Positions 51,912 through 60,933 of a stretch of DNA of 64,000 nucleotides are shown here, one piece after another; positions within the stretch are counted from its first letter, which is position 1, and every line of letters begins with the position of its first letter. The position numbers and the translations under genes were made by a program. The stretch lies in IMG/VR virus record IMGVR_UViG_3300044470_000123, positions 4,106 through 68,105 of that record, one strand, 5' to 3'. The stretch is from a virus. Under the pieces are notes generated by a model. The model was not told the DNA's origin and ran no database searches. It was given only the letters and a program-made list of their open reading frames with translations.

Positions 51912-51934
51912 AAAACACCTCCAAATTTTATATG

Positions 51935-52084
51935 TTATTTAGTCTTCAAAAAATTCTCTATGTTACTCGCCCATAAATATAGTAGTATAGCCACAGGTAA
52001 CTTCCAACCACCTACTTGATACAGTAAAATGCCTCCAGTTATATACAATCCTAGTGTGAATAACATAGCTATAATCTTAGACAT
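51935..52084 (-). CDS. 49-aa two-helix membrane protein (missed by the ORF track)
   Basis: MSKIIAMLFTLGLYITGGILLYQVGGWKLPVAILLYLWASNIENFLKTK; ATG 1 nt after the upstream stop; GAAGG SD. Confidence 0.65.
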   Translation of the reverse strand: MSKIIAMLFTLGLYITGGILLYQVGGWKLPVAILLYLWASNIENFLKTK

Positions 52085-52085
52085 T

Positions 52086-52736
52086 TTACTTACCTTCTTT
52101 AAGTTTTCTTAGTGCTTCACTGGCTGAATCCACGCTTGAAGATTTTTCTATAGTCCTAATCTTCAAATTTATATGTGAGTTCCCATCCTCTACTCTAACA
52201 TTAGGTACATATATCTCCTGCGGAACTATTTCCTCTAACTCTTCTTTAACTTTTTCAGCTGCAGCCCCTGTAGGTATACCATTAGAAAATTTAGCTGATA
52301 TCTCTTCTAATTTTTTAAAAATATTTTCTGTGCTTGCAGGAGTACTGTTTATCTGTATTTTCTTTTCTAAAGCCTCTATTTTTTGTGTAAGTAACTCTAC
52401 TAATCCAGAAGAGGCACTACTATCACTAGGAGCCTTAATCTGGTCTATTTTATCTTCTAAACTTTTTAAATAGTCAAACAAAGATGTGTTATCAGAAGTA
52501 ATTATAGGACTTATAGCAGGACCAGACTGTACACTTACCACAGGTATAACATACCCTGCATCTTTCTCGGGTTTCCTATCAAGGATAAGTACCTGCCCCT
52601 TAACTATAGCACGCTGCAAACTGATACACTTATCATATTCTGCATCAGAGAAGACTTTTTCTTGTCTATAGTAGATAGAGTCTTGGAGTTCAATAAGGAG
52701 GATACGGTCGGGTGACTCACTTCTTACTCGGTACAT
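52086..52736 (-). CDS. Coiled-coil hypothetical protein
   Basis: Repeated L..LE.KI helices; first gene of the actin cluster. Confidence 0.6.
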   Translation of the reverse strand: MYRVRSESPDRILLIELQDSIYYRQEKVFSDAEYDKCISLQRAIVKGQVLILDRKPEKDAGYVIPVVSVQSGPAISPIITSDNTSLFDYLKSLEDKIDQIKAPSDSSASSGLVELLTQKIEALEKKIQINSTPASTENIFKKLEEISAKFSNGIPTGAAAEKVKEELEEIVPQEIYVPNVRVEDGNSHINLKIRTIEKSSSVDSASEALRKLKEGK

Positions 52737-52771
52737 ACTATATACTCTTATTTAAATTTTATATGTATTTT

Positions 52772-52796
52772 GGAGGATATTTTAACAATATCCTCC
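52772..52796. terminator. Intergenic hairpin (possible terminator or processing site)
   Basis: GGAGGATATT-TTAAC-AATATCCTCC, a perfect 10-bp stem just after the stop at 52810; no good U-tail on the minus strand. Confidence 0.4.
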
Positions 52797-52809
52797 TTGT
52801 ATTTTATTA

Positions 52810-53877
52810 CTACTTATTGTATCTATCTAATGCCTTAACAAATCTTTCAGAAGCCTCTTTGCTCTTAAACTTAGGTACATTTTTCTTCTCTAGAAGCTCT
52901 TCTTCTTTTGTTTTAGGAGTCTTCTTAGGTTTCTCTACTTCTTCACCCTCTGGGTCAAGTACAGACTCAGGCTGGTCTTTTAAAGCTGCAGGATCAGGCT
53001 CAGTCTTCTCTGCAGGATTTATCATGGGGTCCTTGTCAGCAGGAGGGAAAGTATCACCTTCACCGTCCCCTTCCTGACCGTCCTCTCTCAGCTCAGCCAA
53101 GTCTTTCTTTGCTTTGTTCTCTAAACGAGCCTCTTCCATATTTTGAACAGTATTCTTTTTCTCTGCCTTCTGCTTTTGATTCTGAGTATCTACATCTTCA
53201 AATAAATTATCGATATCTAACTCGTCCTGATCCTTATTACCATCTTCTGGCTTGATATCACCTTCAGGCTGCTCTGGTTCTGCTGAGATGTCCTCTGGAG
53301 GGGTTTCAGGAGCTACAGGAGGCTTCTCTTGGTTAATACTAGTATCTTGTACCACGCCTTCTTGGGGTGTCTCTACGGGCTCTGCAGGAGCCTTAGGAGG
53401 GACAGGATTCTCAATAGGATTCGCAGGAGGCTCTTGAGCAGGAGCTTCTATAGGAGCACCTTCACCACTATCACCAACATCAGGATTATCTTCAAAAGGA
53501 AGAGTTTTCTTAGCTTTAGGCTTCTCTTCCTTCTTCTCATCAGGATCACTTAAAGTCTCATCGATGTCTAGTATCCCAGGAGTCTCTTCTGCTACTTTAT
53601 CATCTACATAGTACTTCTCAGACTCATCAGATGCTACATAAGCCATCTTACCGTCGCATCCCGGCACGCCGCAAGCGATAGTATCATTCACTGTAACTTT
53701 GTTATTAAGGACTACAGTAGTATCTTGAGCAGCATACTTAGCTCGTCTATCATTGATCTGAGTAAGAGTAGCTGTATGATTACATGAGGAGCAGATAAAA
53801 TATGAGTTATCTGATGCTTCTTTTTCAAGTTTCTCAGCTAACTTTATTAAGTCTTGAGCAGTCTTCTTAAAATCCAT
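52810..53877 (-). CDS. Acidic Pro/Glu-rich protein with N-terminal Zn finger (scaffold/internal-protein-like)
   Basis: CSSC...CGVPGC; long disordered acidic region; KEAS motifs. Confidence 0.55.
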   Translation of the reverse strand: MDFKKTAQDLIKLAEKLEKEASDNSYFICSSCNHTATLTQINDRRAKYAAQDTTVVLNNKVTVNDTIACGVPGCDGKMAYVASDESEKYYVDDKVAEETPGILDIDETLSDPDEKKEEKPKAKKTLPFEDNPDVGDSGEGAPIEAPAQEPPANPIENPVPPKAPAEPVETPQEGVVQDTSINQEKPPVAPETPPEDISAEPEQPEGDIKPEDGNKDQDELDIDNLFEDVDTQNQKQKAEKKNTVQNMEEARLENKAKKDLAELREDGQEGDGEGDTFPPADKDPMINPAEKTEPDPAALKDQPESVLDPEGEEVEKPKKTPKTKEEELLEKKNVPKFKSKEASERFVKALDRYNK

Positions 53878-53935
53878 GGTAAATACTCCTAAAGAGTTTA
53901 AATACTAAATATAATAGTCCCTATTATAGAATAAA

Positions 53936-53950
53936 AATTAAAAGGTTATT
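53936..53950 (-). promoter_or_regulatory. Putative late promoter motif AATAACCTTTTAATT
   Basis: Recurrent motif upstream of 53877. Confidence 0.6.
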
Positions 53951-53972
53951 ACGAATCTACTTTTATTATATA

Positions 53973-55334
53973 TTACATTACAATATTTTCAAACGTAGGG
54001 GTCCTGCCTTTAACCTGGTACTGTTCAGGGATCCCAGGCTTATCATTAATAACAGGACTAGCATCCGTAGGTCTTGGCCCCCTATATGCATTCCATGAGG
54101 GAGGTACCGAAGTCTCTCCACCAGTTATAGGTACAGTATATCTAACATCGTGCTGAGGCAACTGAGCTAGCTCAAAATGCTGCTGATATATAGCCCCTCT
54201 AGACCCTTGTGCATTTATATGATCCACAGAAAATCTATCATTATTTTGACGTACTATAAAATCACGAGATGTGAGAAGAGGGTAAGGTCCAGTCCACGTA
54301 CTCCAATTATAATTTACTCTAAGTCCTACATCTCCAAGATTTACTATCTTGTCTGTTTCAGGAGGTGCTACTATTATATCTATAGGACCTTCATACCCCC
54401 CTACATAGAAAGTTCCTTTACAAACCGTATCATCCTCTTTCCCCTGCCTATACTGCTCATCCCAACAAGTACACCTGATCCCACTCCACTTCCTAACGAA
54501 TAACTTTACCCTTTCTCCACCCTCCTCAAGGATCCACCTATTCCTACGGATAGCCTCAGCCCATATCCAGTCTATCTTCTCTATATCATACGGACTAAAC
54601 GCTTCTACCTGCTCCAAAGGAGTCTCCATAGTAACATCAGTACACCCTGTCTTATAAGCTACCGTAGAAACTTTATAGTATATCTTCCTAAATATGTCAG
54701 TCTGTATCAAATTATTCACATAAGTATAACTTATCCTTATCTCTCCACCTTTAGACAAATCTGGTAGGATAGGATCATCTAACCTATTAGTCTTGTTGTT
54801 GTATATCTTAGAACTTATTAAAAATATCTCTCCATCCTCACCCACCACTCTAAAAGCTGGTACAGTAATAAACTGATCAGCTGCCGTCTTCTTGATGTCT
54901 ACTCTAACATAAGTTGGATTGTTGGCTATAGTCCCATTAGACCCAGGTATAACTATAGGAGTATTATAAGTCTTTGCTACCCATAGTCCATTCGCTGTAG
55001 TACCTGGGATAAGCCTTCCACCCTGCACAGGATCCTCTGTAACATACTGTTCAGTAGTCTGGTCCCTGTAGTATGGGATACCTATAGGGATCGTGTTTAA
55101 CTTGGTGTAAGGACCTTCAGGAGAGTCATAGGACTTATATACATTCACTCCAAGGACATATAGACTGTTATTTTCAGCATACGTAGCAGGATTATCCCAT
55201 CGGACATCGATGATACCTATAAGATAAGGACTTGTCACATTCACATTACGAGGAGCTAATGGTAGCGATGGAGGCGTGTCATCCCCAGACCTGTAAGGTA
55301 AAGGGAAGTCGGGACGATTGTAGTTGTAGATCAT
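53973..55334 (-). CDS. Putative neck/head-closure protein with FN3-like N-terminus
   Basis: APRNVNV..IDVRWD..GVNVYKS (FN3); C-terminal GGERVKLF...RCTCWD...CKGTFYVGGY typical of large-phage neck proteins. Confidence 0.55.
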   Translation of the reverse strand: MIYNYNRPDFPLPYRSGDDTPPSLPLAPRNVNVTSPYLIGIIDVRWDNPATYAENNSLYVLGVNVYKSYDSPEGPYTKLNTIPIGIPYYRDQTTEQYVTEDPVQGGRLIPGTTANGLWVAKTYNTPIVIPGSNGTIANNPTYVRVDIKKTAADQFITVPAFRVVGEDGEIFLISSKIYNNKTNRLDDPILPDLSKGGEIRISYTYVNNLIQTDIFRKIYYKVSTVAYKTGCTDVTMETPLEQVEAFSPYDIEKIDWIWAEAIRRNRWILEEGGERVKLFVRKWSGIRCTCWDEQYRQGKEDDTVCKGTFYVGGYEGPIDIIVAPPETDKIVNLGDVGLRVNYNWSTWTGPYPLLTSRDFIVRQNNDRFSVDHINAQGSRGAIYQQHFELAQLPQHDVRYTVPITGGETSVPPSWNAYRGPRPTDASPVINDKPGIPEQYQVKGRTPTFENIVM

Positions 55335-55382
55335 CTAAAAACTATCCTAGTAAGATTAGATGTTATCCTACTAGGATAGTTT

Positions 55383-55397
55383 TATTAGAAGATTATT
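55383..55397 (-). promoter_or_regulatory. Putative late promoter motif AATAATCTTCTAATA
   Basis: Recurrent motif upstream of 55334. Confidence 0.6.
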
Positions 55398-55409
55398 TTG
55401 GAGAAGGCT

Positions 55410-56120
55410 TTAAACAGCTCCAGGAGAGTTGTCATCTGGGTCGAGTTTTATGTGCTTGGGATATGGAAGTTTATCAAATATATCTTCTTTTACTGTGCTA
55501 GACTCTTGTGCTTTATCTTTATTTTTATATCTTTGTTCTTTAGTTACTAACAATAGTGGATTTTCTACACCATAACGAGCCATATTTGTGTCTTTAGCCT
55601 TTTGAAAAACATCAGGATTTTGCATTGGACTTTTATACCCAAATTTTTCTATGTTCGTCTTTATAATTTTATCTTGTATCTCTTTTGACTTAAAAACATT
55701 ATCTACTCCGTATTTTTCACGTACTGTTTCAGTTACCCTAGCTCTAACAGAAGCGGACTGAGTTGGGTAATCTGTACCTCTATTAGCTCTATTAGTTTTT
55801 TTAGTTTCTTCTTGAACAGCGTCTTCATCCCTAACAAGTCTGAGTACCATATTGGCATGCCACCTAATAGCTTTCCAAGTTTTACCTAGAAATTTAGACA
55901 TGATAAATTCATGGGTATTAGAAGCATATATCTCTTCAAGAAGATTATCTTCTGCTTCAGTCCACCCTCCTTCCCTATCTCTTGATAGCCCTAATAATAT
56001 AGATCGTCTATAAATAGATTTCCATTCTCTATTAGGGAGTTTTGATAGGATAACTTCCTTAATAGAATTTTCATAGACTTCTTTAAGTATTTTGTCTTCT
56101 TCTAGAGTCCAGTGGATCAT
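55410..56120 (-). CDS. DNA-binding repeat protein (Myb-like WT.EED repeats plus T..EKYGV.N repeats) without a nuclease domain
   Basis: WTLEEDKILKE and WTEAEDNLLEE; TVREKYGVDNV, TNIEKFGYKSP, TNMARYGVENP. Confidence 0.65.
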   Translation of the reverse strand: MIHWTLEEDKILKEVYENSIKEVILSKLPNREWKSIYRRSILLGLSRDREGGWTEAEDNLLEEIYASNTHEFIMSKFLGKTWKAIRWHANMVLRLVRDEDAVQEETKKTNRANRGTDYPTQSASVRARVTETVREKYGVDNVFKSKEIQDKIIKTNIEKFGYKSPMQNPDVFQKAKDTNMARYGVENPLLLVTKEQRYKNKDKAQESSTVKEDIFDKLPYPKHIKLDPDDNSPGAV

Positions 56121-56144
56121 ACGATAGCCTCCTTAATGTTATAT

Positions 56145-56173
56145 AATATACTATTTATCTTGTTTAAAATCAA
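56145..56173 (-). promoter_or_regulatory. Sigma70-type promoter TTGATT-17-TATATT
   Basis: Exact 17-bp spacer, followed by SD AAGGAGG. Confidence 0.65.
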
Positions 56174-56180
56174 ATATTTA

Positions 56181-58469
56181 TTAAATTTTCTGCCAGACTA
56201 ATAAAACTTCAGCAGCTGTAATATCTTTTCTTCTTGTTGAAGTGAACCAATACATAGTATCTTTTTCTAATAAAGTAGTCTTAGGAAGATACTCTTTAAG
56301 ATATCTTGGAATATTTAATACAAAATATCCTTTTGATTTTAGTGCCTTTTCAGCATATATAAATATATTTTTTATAAGTGTTTCCCATTGATTTTTATCC
56401 ATTGGCTTTCCATATACTTCTAAATCTATGTATGGCGGTGAAGTCATAATAAGATCACAAGCTACCGGTGCGGTATTTAAATAAAAATCAGAATTTATTA
56501 TATGTGCTTTATCTTTTAAACCATAGTAGTCTATAATACTATTTAATCCTTTAGCAGTTTTATCCCAAGGTTCAAATCCACAATAGTTTCTATTAGCAGA
56601 TACAGTACCTAATAATCTGCCTCCCCAACCTGCACAGGGGTCTACTACAGTATCTCCAACTTTAGAGTATCTTTCTACAATAGCTTTTGCTACACTACAC
56701 GGGAATCCAGTTACTCCCCCATTAAAGTATACCAAACTTTTATATAAAAAATCCGGCAAAATAGTTTTATTAGCTTTATAAGTGTATATTAAAGCTGATC
56801 TTAGTGCTGTAAAATTATTGAATGTGCTAAAAGGTGATACACCTTTATATTTAGATTCTACCATATGAGGCATAAAATTTTTGAATATTTTATTACCTGC
56901 GCTTAGATACCTTATAACATTATTATTTTTCCAGATATAACTAGTATTTAGTTCACACATACTCTCATATTCTTTATTAAGATAATCTTCATTTATATTA
57001 AAATAAGGAAATCCTCTTTTTTGATAATATTCCGTAACTCTATTCCATATATACTCATATTTTTCTGCTATGTAACTATTAATTAAACAAAGATCAAAAT
57101 CATTTTCTACTTTAACATCAAATAACTCTGGTAAATGTTGTTTCCAAAAAGACCCTACTTCAGAAGCATCTGGTACTTTATCAGCCATGCACGGTATAAG
57201 ATACTTTGGATTTATCCCTTCCACTCTTACTGTTGATTCATTTTCTAATTTTAGTTTTTCTCGAAATATGTATCTATTCTCAAATTTAGAGATATATTCC
57301 TTTTTCATACTCATATCAGTACTACTGCCAAAATAGAAACCGTCATCCATATAATAGCAAGCCCATCCTAGTTCAGTTAGTTCTGAAAATATCTTTTCTA
57401 AATTTTTTGTCCCGTTCTCGTTTATGTATTTGTTATAATCTCCTATATTTGGGCAAGATATACCTAGTTGTTCTATACCTCCAAAAATCATGAGTTTTTC
57501 AGTTGATGAAAAATGTGAGGCAGGTACCGTTACAATATTTGAAACACTGTTATATAAAACCTGTCTTTTTAGATATAAATATGATAATTGTTTTAAACTG
57601 TGATTGGTTACAAAACGCCCATATTCATCTAGATGCCCGTCTCCTGCTAGCCAACCAAGAATACATTGATGCCTTTCTTCTTGAGATAATTCAAAACTTG
57701 GTTTAGGTAAATTTAGTAAATAGTCTCTTAAATATTCTAAATTTTTAGACCATAGCCTTCTATCATCTAAAATTTCAAGATTATTTTCTTTAAATTTTCT
57801 TTTAACAACAGTACTAGATATACCTATTTCTTCACACAGTCCTTTCATACTAATTTTTGATTTAATTTTATCATCTAACCAATCTTTATCTATAGTATCA
57901 AATTTATTACTAACCTCATTAACTAGATATTTTCTTAAACTAACAAGACCTATTTTCTTAATATAGGTTAAAATAATATCATCAGATATATAAACTCCTA
58001 ATTCCTTATTTAATATATTACTTATGTCTGATATTCTGTTTCCATCTTCTATCAATTTTTTAGCGTAGTCGTAGGATAGATGACTATAAAGCCACTCTTC
58101 TTTAGAAGGAAACTTACAATCTACTTTATTTATTAGATGATATTCTATGGTATGTGGAAGGGCATCAAAATTATGCTGTTCTTTAAGTACCTTACTAATT
58201 TCTTCAGAATACATTAATTTATTAATTCTTAGATCTACTGCTATTTTAGTCATTTCCTCTGACCAAATTGTCTCTTCTTTGATTTCTCTTTTGTTCTCTA
58301 AAAAACCTTTTTTCTTTAATATACTAATCTGTCTTTTTATCCAACGAGGGGATTCATTTAATTTTGCGGCTAGCTCTGGGCGAGTGAGTGTAGAGAAGTT
58401 GTCTATTATGAATGATAACTTCTCTACAGATTTTCTATCGGCAGTAATTCCTTTTGTGGGACCTGACAT
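56181..58469 (-). CDS. HTH-repeat / LAGLIDADG-like / amino-DNA-methyltransferase fusion protein
   Basis: ILGWLAGDGHL..HS.KQLSYLYLK and LGWACYYMDDG (LAGLIDADG_2 pattern); VVDPCAGWGGRL (SAM motif I); TSPPY (motif IV). Confidence 0.8.
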   Translation of the reverse strand: MSGPTKGITADRKSVEKLSFIIDNFSTLTRPELAAKLNESPRWIKRQISILKKKGFLENKREIKEETIWSEEMTKIAVDLRINKLMYSEEISKVLKEQHNFDALPHTIEYHLINKVDCKFPSKEEWLYSHLSYDYAKKLIEDGNRISDISNILNKELGVYISDDIILTYIKKIGLVSLRKYLVNEVSNKFDTIDKDWLDDKIKSKISMKGLCEEIGISSTVVKRKFKENNLEILDDRRLWSKNLEYLRDYLLNLPKPSFELSQEERHQCILGWLAGDGHLDEYGRFVTNHSLKQLSYLYLKRQVLYNSVSNIVTVPASHFSSTEKLMIFGGIEQLGISCPNIGDYNKYINENGTKNLEKIFSELTELGWACYYMDDGFYFGSSTDMSMKKEYISKFENRYIFREKLKLENESTVRVEGINPKYLIPCMADKVPDASEVGSFWKQHLPELFDVKVENDFDLCLINSYIAEKYEYIWNRVTEYYQKRGFPYFNINEDYLNKEYESMCELNTSYIWKNNNVIRYLSAGNKIFKNFMPHMVESKYKGVSPFSTFNNFTALRSALIYTYKANKTILPDFLYKSLVYFNGGVTGFPCSVAKAIVERYSKVGDTVVDPCAGWGGRLLGTVSANRNYCGFEPWDKTAKGLNSIIDYYGLKDKAHIINSDFYLNTAPVACDLIMTSPPYIDLEVYGKPMDKNQWETLIKNIFIYAEKALKSKGYFVLNIPRYLKEYLPKTTLLEKDTMYWFTSTRRKDITAAEVLLVWQKI

Positions 58470-58498
58470 AGTATCCTCCTTTAAATTGTATACTTATA

Positions 58499-58527
58499 AA
58501 TATACCATGTTTAAAAGGAGATGTCAA
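58499..58527 (-). promoter_or_regulatory. Consensus sigma70 promoter TTGACA-17-TATATT with extended -10 TG
   Basis: TTGACATCTCCTTTTAAACATGGTATATT; SD AAGGAGG follows. Confidence 0.75.
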
Positions 58528-58549
58528 GTACTTTATGAAAATATTTTTA

Positions 58550-60121
58550 TTAAGACCATCCTCCTCTACTTCCGCTTGCGAAATTACGCCTTGACTGAGT
58601 ACCTGGACGTGAAAAAGGGCCAAGTGATGAACTTATGCCTATCCCATAACGTGGCTGATTTAATCCTTTTATTATCTTTATCGAACGTTTAATTAACTCT
58701 CTAGATTTTTCCCATTCCGCTAGAAAATTATCTTTCATTGCTTCATACTTTGAAGATTTCTCTATGTCAAGGGATACTCCAGAAATTGAATAACTATTGT
58801 GGGCTAAAATTCCAGAGTCAAGTACAAAATTTTCTGCAGCAGGTACTGAAAAATCATAGGTTTTATTTTGGGGTTCTATTTCTTCTTTTTGGACTATTTC
58901 TATAGGTTCAAATTTGTCTGAAAATTCTAAACCTACTATTTTATCTCCTACTTTTAAATCTTTAGTCTTAATAGGTTCTTTTGTGTCCCATAAAAATAAA
59001 CTATGATCTTCTGTAACTTCAATTGAGTTAATTTCTGTACTTATTCTAAACATTTTCTTTTGAGAGGTATTATGCTGCATAAAATTAGAAACAGGGACCC
59101 ACTCTAGTTTTTCCGACTTATTAACCATGGCTTGAACTTCAAGTGTTCCGTTAAAAAAAGATTTTTTTATCTTTTCCTTATTAATTTCTCTTATTCTTTC
59201 TTGTAAACTTTTTATAGCTTCTATACCTACATAAGGATCTTTTTTTATGTCATGTTCCTTAATCCTTATAATAGTCCAACCTCTGTTCTTAAGAAAAGTT
59301 TCTTTTCTTTTATCTATCTCTATTATCCTTTTATTTCCTTCAAAACCACAAGATTTACATCCGTGCCAATAACAGCCATCTACCTCTACTGCTATTTTTG
59401 CTAAAGGATCCGCTTCATCTATAGAATAAAATCTATATGTATACTCTGTAACAAAACCAGTCAATCCTCTTTCTTGCATTTTTTCTTTATAGGTTAAATG
59501 TACTGAGCTTGTTTTTTGCATCATTTTTCTTGCCCTTGCTGCTGATTTATCAAGAGCCTCTTTATTATCTTTAACGTATTGTTTGTTTTTTTCTCTAAAC
59601 TCCGGGTCTGACCACATTTTTTTAGATTGTTTCCTATGAAGCTCTATAATTTCAGGTCTGTTTTGATACTCTATAGCCCACTCACTTCTTTTTTTTAAAA
59701 ATTCTGGATCAGAGTTAAGTTTTATACTAGCAATTTTTATTTGTTCTCTAGTTATTTCTCCTTCAGAAGTTTGAAATCTTTTTTTAAGGGTCTCTGATTG
59801 TTTCTGTTTTCTTTTTTCAGAGTGCTTTATTTGTTCATTATATACTCTAGAACAAATTCTTATCCTATCATTATTCTCTAATTTATCACAATAATTATAA
59901 TGTATTACTGTAATACTAGACATTTTTTTACTGCAATAAGGACAAACTACATAATGTTCACCCTCTATTAAATTATTTATAGCATCTTTTTCTATGTATG
60001 ACCTAGTTCCTTTAATCTTTTTAACTTTTTTTATTTTAACTATACCTAACTCTATTAAAGAATCTAACCACTGTGCTTCAAAATTATTAATAATACAAAA
60101 CTGTCTTTTAGATATTTTCAT
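58550..60121 (-). CDS. Vsr-like endonuclease + C-terminal split-intein half + 81-aa C-extein
   Basis: IDEAD..IAVEVDGCYWHG...DKRK..L...GW.IIRIKE nuclease; intein block B VTEDHS, block F TYDFSV..ENF, block G ILAHN/S (Asn codon 58796-58798). Confidence 0.88.
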   Translation of the reverse strand: MKISKRQFCIINNFEAQWLDSLIELGIVKIKKVKKIKGTRSYIEKDAINNLIEGEHYVVCPYCSKKMSSITVIHYNYCDKLENNDRIRICSRVYNEQIKHSEKRKQKQSETLKKRFQTSEGEITREQIKIASIKLNSDPEFLKKRSEWAIEYQNRPEIIELHRKQSKKMWSDPEFREKNKQYVKDNKEALDKSAARARKMMQKTSSVHLTYKEKMQERGLTGFVTEYTYRFYSIDEADPLAKIAVEVDGCYWHGCKSCGFEGNKRIIEIDKRKETFLKNRGWTIIRIKEHDIKKDPYVGIEAIKSLQERIREINKEKIKKSFFNGTLEVQAMVNKSEKLEWVPVSNFMQHNTSQKKMFRISTEINSIEVTEDHSLFLWDTKEPIKTKDLKVGDKIVGLEFSDKFEPIEIVQKEEIEPQNKTYDFSVPAAENFVLDSGILAHNSYSISGVSLDIEKSSKYEAMKDNFLAEWEKSRELIKRSIKIIKGLNQPRYGIGISSSLGPFSRPGTQSRRNFASGSRGGWS

Positions 60122-60932
60122 CAGATATCTCCTTCAATATCTCTTCAAAATCTCTATTAACTTCTTCGTGTATCCTTTTTAACTTGTCCCCATATAAAAT
60201 ATCAAAAAGTTCTTCACAGGTTAAAGTATATCTATTCCCTTCTTCATCTTTTACCATTATATATTCTTTTCCAGAAATACTAAATTCATCACTTATCCAA
60301 TTCATTGTAACAGCACCGCATGCAAAAGCTCCAGCTCTTAATAAAATATTAGTTCTCCACCTATCTGGAATATTATCAAGAGTTACTCCTGTAACAGGAG
60401 GAGATGAGTTTATCTCATCTACTGCCATAAGAAGATATTCATAAAGCTCTTCATCCTCCCATATATAGCCAAAAACTTTAGTTTGAGTCTGCATAAATTT
60501 TTCTGTAGCTGGTTGACGAAAGCGAAAATTTCTATCAGGATTATTGTCCCGTAATATAATTCTCAACCTCTTAACAAGGACATCCTGTTTACTAGTTTGT
60601 GCTATAGCAGTTTGAACATTAGTATCAATAACAGTAAACTCTTGTACTACTTCTATCAGGGGGGTGATAGGAGTCTCATTAAAGTGCCATCTGATTATCC
60701 AGTCGCCTATATTAGCATCTAGGGGTATCGTGGAGTTAGCATAGTACTGCCCCACACCAGATGTGGCGGGGATCATATCAGGAACCCCTATTAGAACCTC
60801 TAAACCAGTAGTATAATCGAAGATAGAGAAGCGGATGTAATAAGGGTCCACCGGGACTCCAGAAGCGTTTCTTATTACGATTTTGAGGTCTGAGGCCTGG
60901 AGCTGATAACCTTTAGGAAAAGTGACAGACAT
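60108..60932 (-). CDS. N-extein of a virion (head-tail adaptor-like) protein + 57-aa N-terminal split-intein half
   Basis: ...WISDEF|SISGKEYIMV..G..TLTCEELFD matches intein block A from codon 60279-60281; Ig-like N-domain and LRIILRD helical domain. Confidence 0.75.
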   Translation of the reverse strand: MSVTFPKGYQLQASDLKIVIRNASGVPVDPYYIRFSIFDYTTGLEVLIGVPDMIPATSGVGQYYANSTIPLDANIGDWIIRWHFNETPITPLIEVVQEFTVIDTNVQTAIAQTSKQDVLVKRLRIILRDNNPDRNFRFRQPATEKFMQTQTKVFGYIWEDEELYEYLLMAVDEINSSPPVTGVTLDNIPDRWRTNILLRAGAFACGAVTMNWISDEFSISGKEYIMVKDEEGNRYTLTCEELFDILYGDKLKRIHEEVNRDFEEILKEISDENI

Positions 60933-60933
60933 G

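Noticed and set aside
2803-60444. Many short plus-strand ORFs in the track, antisense to long genes
   Set aside because: Shadow ORFs fully overlapping well-supported minus-strand genes; no SD or motifs.
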